This document shows positions 7,830 through 15,055 of a stretch of 20,000 nucleotides of DNA, piece after piece (within the stretch, counting starts at the first letter, position 1; every line of letters starts with the position of its first letter). Position numbers and translations under genes: made by a program. The stretch is taken from the IMG/VR virus record IMGVR_UViG_3300017995_000001. One strand, given 5' to 3'. Under the pieces are notes generated by a model. The model ran no database searches. It was not told where the DNA came from and was given only the letters and a program-made list of their open reading frames with translations. This stretch comes from an uncultured virus (IMG/VR IMGVR_UViG_3300017995_000001). Its lineage: Duplodnaviria; Heunggongvirae; Uroviricota; Caudoviricetes.

Positions 7830-8734
7830 GGCACGTCCCTCCCCAGGTTGTCCGCGAAGGACAGCGACCCGTAGATGCTGCCGTACTGCGCGTACGGGCT
7901 GTAGGCGACGACGAACCGGTCCTCGTCCGAGAGCGCGACGAACTGCTGGGTGACGGCCGAGTCGGCGAGCGACGGGTTGGTCGTGGGGTCGTTCTGCCGC
8001 ACGCTCGCGAAGAGCGCGACGTCGCACGGCGGCACGATGGGTATGTCGAGGGTGCGCTCGGCCTGGTCGGTGCGCGACGAGTACCGCAGCTCGTGGATGT
8101 TGCCGAGGCCCTGGACCGCCGTGCCCCACGGCCGGCCGCCGTTCGGGGCCGCGTACGCGGTCGGCGCCGTCGGCGGGCCCGCGATCGTCTGGTAGAGCAG
8201 GGCCGGGCTCTCGCTGTCCTGGAACATCACGCCGTCGACGTTCAGGGGGTTGCGCCGGTCGCGCGTGACCTTGTTGATGATCATGACGTGCCAGGAGATG
8301 CTGCCGTCGACCGGGTGCCAGAGCGGCTGGCAGATCTCCCTCCGGAACGTGACCGTGCTGCCGACGGCGGGGCCCGCGCCGGTCGCGAGCGGCCCGGTCC
8401 GCGCCGGGATGCGCGCGACCAGCTCCGCGTAGGTCCGCAAGCCGACGAGGCGCACGCCGCGGTTGTCGGGGCTCTGCTCGCCGCCCTGGAAGCTCGCGCG
8501 CGCGAGTAGCATCAGGTATCGGTTGCCGCCGAGGGCCGCAGTCGGCGTCGACGGCACGACGAGGCCCGTGTACGCCTGCGTGCCGTAGGGGTCGCTGCCG
8601 ACGAACCCGAACTCCGCGTTGGGGCCCGCCGCCACGATCTCGTAGCGCCCGTTGTAGAGCGCCTTGCGCAGCCCCTGCGCGACGCCGCCGGCGACGCCCT
8701 GGAGCTTGACGAGTTTCGCGACGGAGGACTTCAT
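7826..8734 (-). CDS. Hypothetical protein, candidate virion structural protein, 302 aa
   Basis: Clean GC3 frame, tightly packed between neighbours, with a beta-rich pattern. No family recognised. Confidence 0.75.
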   Translation of the reverse strand: MKSSVAKLVKLQGVAGGVAQGLRKALYNGRYEIVAAGPNAEFGFVGSDPYGTQAYTGLVVPSTPTAALGGNRYLMLLARASFQGGEQSPDNRGVRLVGLRTYAELVARIPARTGPLATGAGPAVGSTVTFRREICQPLWHPVDGSISWHVMIINKVTRDRRNPLNVDGVMFQDSESPALLYQTIAGPPTAPTAYAAPNGGRPWGTAVQGLGNIHELRYSSRTDQAERTLDIPIVPPCDVALFASVRQNDPTTNPSLADSAVTQQFVALSDEDRFVVAYSPYAQYGSIYGSLSFADNLGRDVP

Positions 8735-8740
8735 GGGGGA

Positions 8741-9352
8741 TCAGTGGGTGGCGATGAGCGCGTTCGGGTCGGGGGTCTCGATGCCGAGCTTGCGCAGCGC
8801 CGCGCGCGCGTCGGCGTCGCTCATGTCGTCGAGTTCCTTGGCGAGGAACGAGAACCCCGTGAAGGTGACCTCGACGTTGAACGGGACGCTCACCGGCGTC
8901 TGCAGCAGGATCGCCGAGATCTTGACGTTGGACTGCTTCGGGAGCGGCCAGCCCTCCGGCCACGTCGTCGCGAGCACGTCGAACACGTTGCCGAGGTCGA
9001 TGAAGGTGTCCGAGTTCGCGAGGTCGTACTTCGGCGCGCCGTACACGGCGACCTTGACGCCCACCCCGGTCCCTCCTGACTGCTTCAGCTGGTTGAAGTA
9101 GAGGCTCTGGAACGGGTTGCCGGGGAAGCTGTTCTGCTGGAACAGGTTGAACGTCACCCGCTCGATGAGCGTGTCCTGCGAGAGGTTGTTCTGGAACGAC
9201 TGCACGACGGGCGGCGCGTTCACCGTCGACGAGGAGAAGACGATGGGGATGTCGTCCAAGAACGGCACGCGCGGCACGCCCAGCACCATGCCGAGCGCGA
9301 TCTTGGGCGCGTACAGCGCCAGATTTCGGACGTCTCTGTCTCGCGGGACCAT
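8741..9352 (-). CDS. Hypothetical beta-rich protein, candidate small capsid or penton protein, about 203 aa
   Basis: Start refined to ATG 9352, which follows GAGGAGGCGAGGA. Strand-like segments: DTLIERVTFNLFQ, VGVKVAVYG, NVKISAILLQ and FNVEVTFTGFSF. Confidence 0.78.
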   Translation of the reverse strand: MVPRDRDVRNLALYAPKIALGMVLGVPRVPFLDDIPIVFSSSTVNAPPVVQSFQNNLSQDTLIERVTFNLFQQNSFPGNPFQSLYFNQLKQSGGTGVGVKVAVYGAPKYDLANSDTFIDLGNVFDVLATTWPEGWPLPKQSNVKISAILLQTPVSVPFNVEVTFTGFSFLAKELDDMSDADARAALRKLGIETPDPNALIATH

Positions 9353-9365
9353 TCCTCGCCTCCTC

Positions 9366-9407
9366 AAACGCGAAACGGGCGACGCGGCATCTTCCCGCGC
9401 CGCCCGT
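9366..9407 (-). terminator. Stem-loop (terminator or mRNA stabiliser) downstream of the 418-aa gene
   Basis: The minus strand reads ACGGGCGGCGCGG-GAAGATG-CCGCGTCGCCCGT (13 bp including one G-U pair), followed by TTCGCGTTT. Confidence 0.65.
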
Positions 9408-9449
9408 CTACGCGACTAACTTCGCCTACTTCGCGGCGTCTTTCCGAGG

Positions 9450-10706
9450 TCAGGACGCCTTCGGCGCCATGATCTGCGGCAGGTTCGACTGGCAGTACGC
9501 CTTCCAGCCGCCGGGCATCTCCCAGCCCTTGATCTTGATCGCGAGCTTGACGATGCCGCCCTTGAACTCCTCGCGGCTGACGTTGACTTGCTGCGGGACG
9601 TTGACCGGCGCCGCGTCGAGGGTCTGCTCCAGCATCACGTTGGTGCCGGCGCCGCCGAGCGTGATGGCCGAGAGGTTGGCGTCCGGCACGATGTTGGTGC
9701 CGAGCGGCTCGTTGGTGATGGTCAGCGCCTCGAGCATGTTCGCCTGGTGCACGGCGTCCTGCACGACGAAGAGCATCCCGATGGGGATGCCGCGCTCGAG
9801 GAAGCAGGGGCTCTCGATCGGGCGGTACATCTGCCCCTTGCAGCCGTACCCCTGCCACCGGAGGCCGCCCCAGGTGACGGGCGCGAGGTCGAAGTCGCGC
9901 GTCGGGTGGAAGATGCCGACGTTGACGCCGGCGACCGTCACGCTGCCGACCCGGCGGAAGTCGCAGGGCAGGAAGATCGTCGTGCCGCCCTTGCTGCGGT
10001 AGAGCGCGTTGACCTGCGCGACGAACTCGACGATGGGCAGCTCGCTCGTGCCGCTCGCCTCGGCGTCGGCGAACGAGCCGAAGTAGCTGACGTCGGCCGC
10101 CAGCTCGTTCAGGACCAGCTCGCGCTGGCTCGTCTTCCACTGGAACTGGTAGGCGTTGATGAAGTTCCAGCCGGTCCGCCACGCGGGCGCGCCCCACGAG
10201 ATGCCCGCGGGCAGGAAGTTGCCCGAGGACGTCGTGATGGCGGCGCCGAGCGCGCCGTTGGCGAGGTCGTTCTGCGTGACGACGTCGGGCGAGGGCGGGG
10301 GCGCCACCACCACCGACGGCGCGAGGAACGCGTTGCCGATGGACGAGAAGCTCATCGGCTCGTGGAACACGTGCACGCCGATGCCCTGCGAGAGGATGTC
10401 GGTCTGCAGGATGCCGTTGATGAGGAACGTCGAGTCGATCGACGCGACGCCGGGGACCGACGAGCTGCCCGAGAGCAGGTTCACCGTGTCGCCGAACGTG
10501 CTCGTCGCCTCCTCCACCGTCAGCGGGAGGGGCACCGTCCAGACGACCTCCTCGATGACGGGGATGTTGCCGAAGCTGCAGCGCAGGCACTTCTCCGCCG
10601 CACCGAGGGTACCGGGGGCCTCCCCGAGTCCGAACTGCACGCGGCGCACCTTCTCCTGGCTGTCGCCGAACTTCACCATCCGTCTCCCGAGAATGCTCTT
10701 CGACAT
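9450..10706 (-). CDS. Candidate major capsid protein, 418 aa
   Basis: The CDS itself is secure (AAGGAG RBS, extreme codon bias). The capsid call is inferred from size, beta-rich composition, the C-terminal strand IVKLAIKIKGWEM, the downstream hairpin and the position after the Arg-rich gene. No HK97 motif was recognised. Confidence 0.6.
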   Translation of the reverse strand: MSKSILGRRMVKFGDSQEKVRRVQFGLGEAPGTLGAAEKCLRCSFGNIPVIEEVVWTVPLPLTVEEATSTFGDTVNLLSGSSSVPGVASIDSTFLINGILQTDILSQGIGVHVFHEPMSFSSIGNAFLAPSVVVAPPPSPDVVTQNDLANGALGAAITTSSGNFLPAGISWGAPAWRTGWNFINAYQFQWKTSQRELVLNELAADVSYFGSFADAEASGTSELPIVEFVAQVNALYRSKGGTTIFLPCDFRRVGSVTVAGVNVGIFHPTRDFDLAPVTWGGLRWQGYGCKGQMYRPIESPCFLERGIPIGMLFVVQDAVHQANMLEALTITNEPLGTNIVPDANLSAITLGGAGTNVMLEQTLDAAPVNVPQQVNVSREEFKGGIVKLAIKIKGWEMPGGWKAYCQSNLPQIMAPKAS

Positions 10707-10788
10707 CGTCTCTCTCCTTGCTGTCCCGCCGTTTCCTGGTCCGACGCGGGCGTTGACTCGTTCCTAGGTATGCGTTGCGTTCGTTGCG

Positions 10789-12726
10789 TTACTCGGCCGC
10801 GCGGCCGATCGTGAAGAGGGTGTCCTTCTCGACCTCGTCGCCGACGAAGCCGAGGAAGGCGTTGTTCGACTGGCCGTCGTCACCGAGGCACGCGCACTCC
10901 TTGGCCTCGCTGTTGACCTGCGGTCCGGGGCCGGGGGTGCTCGGCGGTCCGGGCTGGTAGGCGGGGGGCTGGCCGGTCCCCATCGCCTGCGCGGCGGTGG
11001 GGAAGTCGGCCGTGCCCGACCCGGGCTGGGCGGGGCCGCCGGGTCCGCCGGTACCCCAGGTGTTCTGCAGCGAGGGGTAGTCGCCGCCGGGGCCGCTGAT
11101 GCCCGCCTGCTGGCGCAGGACCTGGGCCGCGTCGGGGTAGTCGCTCGACCCGCTCAACGCGAAGGGGCCCACGTCGGGCGGAGCGCCGACCGTGCCGGGT
11201 GCGCCCGAGAGCGCGCCCGACCCGCCGCCGGCGGTGACGGCCTGCTGCTTGGCCGCCATGTTGATGTGCGCCGCGATCTCGGCCGGGTAGAGGCGCGCGA
11301 TCACCGACTTCTGCAGGCCGGCGGTCGACGTGTCCTTCGGCGCGAGCAGCGGCACGACGACGTTGTTCCAGAGGAGCTTGACGAGGTTGACCCCGCCGCC
11401 CACCGCGAGCCCCTCGAGCGCGGCGCGCCCGTAGGGGTTCTTGACGGCCGTGCTGGCCCACGCGCTCAGCGCGGGGACGACGACGGCCGCGCCGATGCGG
11501 TAGATGTTCGGCGTCGACGCGACGTTGAGCGCGTTCGCGAGCGTTCCCGCGCCGTCGCTCGTGAATCGGTCAGTCGGCTTCTGCGCGGCGGACGGGTCGT
11601 ACGTCGCGAGGAACCGGTCGAGCGCGTTGAGGGCGACGAACCCGAGGCCGGCGGTGAGGACGGTAGTCCCCATCTCGACGACGAAGCTCCCGCCGCCCCC
11701 GCCCGCGCGGACGGTGTGGTGGCGCCGGTAGGTGCGGCGGCGGGGGTGCCGGCGCGCCTCGGTCACGGTCGACTCGCGCGCGCGGCTGCGCCGGCGCGGG
11801 CGGGATCGGCGGCGCCGCGGCGCCTCGTACGCGTACTCGCGCGTCCGGCGGCGCGGGCGGCTCCGGCGGCGGCGCGGGCGGGACTCCGCCACGGTCGACT
11901 CGCGGGCGCGCGACCGGCGGCGGCGCGGGTGCGCCGCAGCGGCCTTGCGCTTGCGCCAGCCCTTGCGGGCGGCGGCCGCGTGCCCCGGCTTGTTGCCGTG
12001 CCACGCCTCGACCCGTCGGGCGCGCCGACGGGGTCGGGCGCGAGGACGACGGCGGCTCGACTCCATCACGTATCCGCCGGCCGGCGCTCGGCGCCGCGTC
12101 TCCGCGCGGTGGGGGCGTCGGCGGGCAGGGCGGCGCCGGCGGCGCGTCTCGGCGACGCTCGTCTCGCGGGCGCGCCGGCGAGCCGGCCGGCGGCGCGCGG
12201 GGCGCCGACGCGTCTCGGCGACCGCGGTCTCGCGAGCGCGCGCGGACGAGCGGCGACGACGGCGGGGGGCGGCGGTGGTCTTCGACTTCTTGGAGCGACG
12301 CTTCATGTCTTTGTTCTCCGTTGACTCACGTGCGACTACGGCGCGGATCCCGCGCCCGAGCGTGATCGTTCGCTTGACCTTGAGACCCTTCGGGTCGAAC
12401 TGGCGCAGGCGGACGTACTGGTCGGTGACGTGCACCTTGCCGTACTTGTACCCGTGCGACTTCGCCCATTCCCTCGCCTTGCTCGGCGTCCAGCCGTCGG
12501 CCCGACTGAAGAGCAGCGACTGGACGTCCATCGCGGGGCGGCGGCGCGCCTCTTCGAGGGCAGGCGGTGGAGTCGGCGGGGAGCGGTGGAGACTCGGTCG
12601 CGGGGCGACAGCGGCCGGCCGAGCGTGCGGGCTGCGCGACGCGGGGAGCCGGCCGAGACGATCGGCGACTCGCCGCCGTTGGCGGGACTCGCTGAGTTCG
12701 GCAAGCCGTTGGTCGTAGAGCCCCAT
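10789..12726 (-). CDS. Multi-domain basic protein: N-terminal globular domain, protamine-like Arg-rich repeats, hydrophobic segments and Gly/Pro tail; about 645 aa (alternative starts 12531 and 12306)
   Basis: From ORF 10789..12759; first ATG at 12726. Poly-Arg tract at 11716-12306. Hydrophobic segments: TTVLTAGLGFVALNAL, IGAAVVVPALSAWA and LEGLAVGGGVNLVKLLW. ATG 12306 follows GGAG. Confidence 0.82.
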   Translation of the reverse strand: MGLYDQRLAELSESRQRRRVADRLGRLPASRSPHARPAAVAPRPSLHRSPPTPPPALEEARRRPAMDVQSLLFSRADGWTPSKAREWAKSHGYKYGKVHVTDQYVRLRQFDPKGLKVKRTITLGRGIRAVVARESTENKDMKRRSKKSKTTAAPRRRRRSSARARETAVAETRRRPARRRPARRRARETSVAETRRRRRPARRRPHRAETRRRAPAGGYVMESSRRRPRARPRRRARRVEAWHGNKPGHAAAARKGWRKRKAAAAHPRRRRSRARESTVAESRPRRRRSRPRRRTREYAYEAPRRRRSRPRRRSRARESTVTEARRHPRRRTYRRHHTVRAGGGGGSFVVEMGTTVLTAGLGFVALNALDRFLATYDPSAAQKPTDRFTSDGAGTLANALNVASTPNIYRIGAAVVVPALSAWASTAVKNPYGRAALEGLAVGGGVNLVKLLWNNVVVPLLAPKDTSTAGLQKSVIARLYPAEIAAHINMAAKQQAVTAGGGSGALSGAPGTVGAPPDVGPFALSGSSDYPDAAQVLRQQAGISGPGGDYPSLQNTWGTGGPGGPAQPGSGTADFPTAAQAMGTGQPPAYQPGPPSTPGPGPQVNSEAKECACLGDDGQSNNAFLGFVGDEVEKDTLFTIGRAAE

Positions 12727-12758
12727 GTCGTCGTCATCGCGTTCCGAGCGTGAAGACA

Positions 12759-12787
12759 AGGTTTCGGGTGCGCGCTGTGCGCGTCAA
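12759..12787 (-). promoter_or_regulatory. Possible sigma70-type promoter for the structural gene block
   Basis: The minus strand reads ATTTTGTT-TTGACG-N17-AAACCT within the only large intergenic gap. The -35 is good but the -10 is weak. Confidence 0.35.
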
Positions 12788-13035
12788 AACAAAATGCGCG
12801 CTGCTTGCGCGGCGTTGCGCACCGCGCGCCGCGGACGACCGCGCAGCTGCGGGTGCGCACGCGCACAGCGCGCACGCCAACACGCGCACAATCGCCAGCG
12901 GATCTCGACCGTTACGATCGCGCGCCCTCGCGCGCGCGTGAGGGAGTGATCACGTTGCCGCGTGCGCGGTAGAAATCGACGCGCGCGGCGCGCGCGATCG
13001 CAGTCGCGCGCGCGAACGAGCAGCCACCCGGATCC

Positions 13036-13689
13036 CTACCGGATGCCGGGGTAGAGGAGGTCGAGCCGACTCGCCGGCGCGCCGAGGTCTCCGGCGCCGC
13101 TCATGCCGACGAAGTCGCCCTGCATGTTCTCCTTCTGCTTCTTGCCGGGCTCCACCCAGAACTCGCGCATTCGCGACGGCGCCTGGCCGACGGGCAGCTT
13201 CGCCGTGCCGTCCATGCGCACCCAGTCGCCGAGTTCGTCCTCGAACGCCATGAAGACGTGCGTCGGAACGTCGAGGGGCTCGCGGTGGCTGCTGCCGACG
13301 ATCATGGCGTTGATGCCGATGCACATCATGCAGGCCGCGAGCGTGAGTGACGCGTCGTCGCAGTCGCCACCGACGATGCACAGCCCGCCCTCGTCGAGGC
13401 AGAGCGTCTGCTCGGGCTTCGCCATGAACTCGCCCATCACGGGGTCGGCGATGTACGGCACCTTCTTGCGGTACGCGTCGAGCAGGCACTGCGCCTTCTC
13501 GCGCCGGCTGCCGCGCGAGACGCCGCACTTGTCAAGCTGCTGGGTCACCCACTCGCGCAGGCGCTTGCTCATCCGCCCCTTCCACGCGCGGTCGGCGACC
13601 TCCTGCAAGGACAGCATCGCGCCCTTCTTGCCCGGCGGGTGCGGGCGCTCGTCGACTTTCACGCCGGTGACGGGCTTCTCGGTGATCAT
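13036..13689 (-). CDS. Transglutaminase-like (papain-fold) Cys-His-Asp enzyme, about 217 aa
   Basis: C-terminal part of ORF 13036..14178; start is ATG 13689 (or 13701). Motifs VPYIADP..GEF..KPEQTL, GGDCDDASLTLAA (Cys), THVF (His) and WVRMDGT (Asp) form the transglutaminase-core triad in canonical order. Confidence 0.88.
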   Translation of the reverse strand: MITEKPVTGVKVDERPHPPGKKGAMLSLQEVADRAWKGRMSKRLREWVTQQLDKCGVSRGSRREKAQCLLDAYRKKVPYIADPVMGEFMAKPEQTLCLDEGGLCIVGGDCDDASLTLAACMMCIGINAMIVGSSHREPLDVPTHVFMAFEDELGDWVRMDGTAKLPVGQAPSRMREFWVEPGKKQKENMQGDFVGMSGAGDLGAPASRLDLLYPGIR

Positions 13690-13723
13690 CCCACCGAGCA
13701 TACGATCGTTTGCGCTGTCGTGC

Positions 13724-14824
13724 TCACGGTCGCGCGTTGCGATACTGTGCGCGTTGTCGGCGCGTCGCGACGTACGCGATCCCCCCGACCGCCCCGGCGG
13801 CGAGCAGGCCGATGCCGACGACCGCGCCAGTCGACAGCCCTGGCTTCGCTGCCGCAGTCGCCGCGACGGGCAGCGCGGCGTGCGGGCGCGCCGCCGGCGC
13901 CGCGGGCGCGCTTGCGGGCGCGCCGCCCGCGCACGGGACCGGGGCGGAGCCGAAGATCTGCTGGATGGCCGTCGCGGTCGCCGCCTCGTAGTTTCCGGTG
14001 TTGATCGGTACGGCGGGCGTCTGCGACGCGTTCCACGCTGCCTTGAAGTTGTGGACCGCGGTGTTGACCGTGGTCCCCGGCTGCGCGACCGACGCGCAGT
14101 AGTTCGAGTCGGCGGCGATGGCGGACGCCACCGTCTGCGCGGCGCTGACGAGGCTCGCCGAGAACCCGCTCGTCCCACCCGGCCCAGTGACGGGCTGGTA
14201 GAGCGCGTAGAGGGCCTGCTTGGCGTTGCCGAGCGCGGTGGCGAGCGCGTTCTGGATGTCGAGGCGCGCCTGCGTCTGCGTCGCCGCGTCGCCGGACGCG
14301 ATGGCCGCGGCGAGGTCGGCGTTGCGGTTCCACGCCCACTGCGTGCCCTGCTGGGTCGCCTGCGCGGGCTGCGAGGCGGCGGGGTTACTGCTGCTGTACG
14401 CCTCGGTGATCGCCCCGTCGATGGCGCTGCCGGCGTCGCCGACGGCGTTGGAGAACGACTGGTTGTCCATCGAAGCCATCGCGCCGACCTTCGCCGTCGC
14501 GGCGTCGAGCGCGGCGAAGTTGCCGAGGATCCCGGCGGCGTGGTCCCCGAGCGTCGACGGTGTGACGCCGTCGGCGTACGCGAGCGCCGCGAAGTACGCC
14601 GGCGGGCGGCCGTCGAGGCTTCCGTCGAACCACTTGTCGGGCAGGTTGATCGTCTCGCCGGCGCGCAAGGTCCTGAACGTGCGAAAGCCGTTCGGCATGG
14701 TGACGATCGGCTTGTGGGGATTGGCGGCGACCAAGTCGACTGAGCACTTGGGGCAGCCGGCCATATTTGGCCGCGCCGCGATGCTCGCCGGGCTGTCGCC
14801 GGGCTGCACTACGTAGGTTCTCAT
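13724..14824 (-). CDS. Tail-anchored LysM-like protein, 366 aa
   Basis: LysM-like start with a CxxC insert: MRTYVVQPGDSPASIAARP...LVAANPHK...LRAGETINLP. Contains the ADSNYCASV...HNFKAAWNA...INTGNYE module shared with 5682..7052. C-terminus: GLSTGAVVGIGLLAAGAVGGIAYVATRRQR. Confidence 0.85.
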   Translation of the reverse strand: MRTYVVQPGDSPASIAARPNMAGCPKCSVDLVAANPHKPIVTMPNGFRTFRTLRAGETINLPDKWFDGSLDGRPPAYFAALAYADGVTPSTLGDHAAGILGNFAALDAATAKVGAMASMDNQSFSNAVGDAGSAIDGAITEAYSSSNPAASQPAQATQQGTQWAWNRNADLAAAIASGDAATQTQARLDIQNALATALGNAKQALYALYQPVTGPGGTSGFSASLVSAAQTVASAIAADSNYCASVAQPGTTVNTAVHNFKAAWNASQTPAVPINTGNYEAATATAIQQIFGSAPVPCAGGAPASAPAAPAARPHAALPVAATAAAKPGLSTGAVVGIGLLAAGAVGGIAYVATRRQRAQYRNARP

Positions 14825-14863
14825 CTTGTCAAGACGAATCCTACGCGCGTTCGGGCGCCTCGT

Positions 14864-15055
14864 CTACGCCACTTCGCGCTTCGGCTGGTAGACGACCGGC
14901 CGCCCGTCGCCGCCCGCGAGCTGGATCCCCTCGCCCGAGACGGCCATCCGGAACATGGCGGTCTTGAGCAGCCCCTCCACCTTCTTGGCGGCGGCCTGCG
15001 CCTCCTGGTCGTTTCTCGCGTCGATGACGAGGTGGGCGAGGATCCTGTAGTTCAT
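14864..15055 (-). CDS. Hypothetical protein, 63 aa
   Basis: C-terminal part of ORF 14864..15316. ATG 15055 overlaps the upstream stop (ATGA). Begins MNYRILAHLVIDARNDQEAQAAAKKVEGLL. Confidence 0.72.
   Translation of the reverse strand: MNYRILAHLVIDARNDQEAQAAAKKVEGLLKTAMFRMAVSGEGIQLAGGDGRPVVYQPKREVA

Noticed and set aside
11716..12306. Possibility that the Arg-rich tract is a wrong-frame artefact
   Set aside because: It is in frame with clearly coding domains on both sides, has its own SD and ATG, and shows protein-level repeat structure.
12860..12885. Sigma54-like TTGGCGTG...GTGC element on the minus strand
   Set aside because: The GG-N10-GC spacing is not satisfied.
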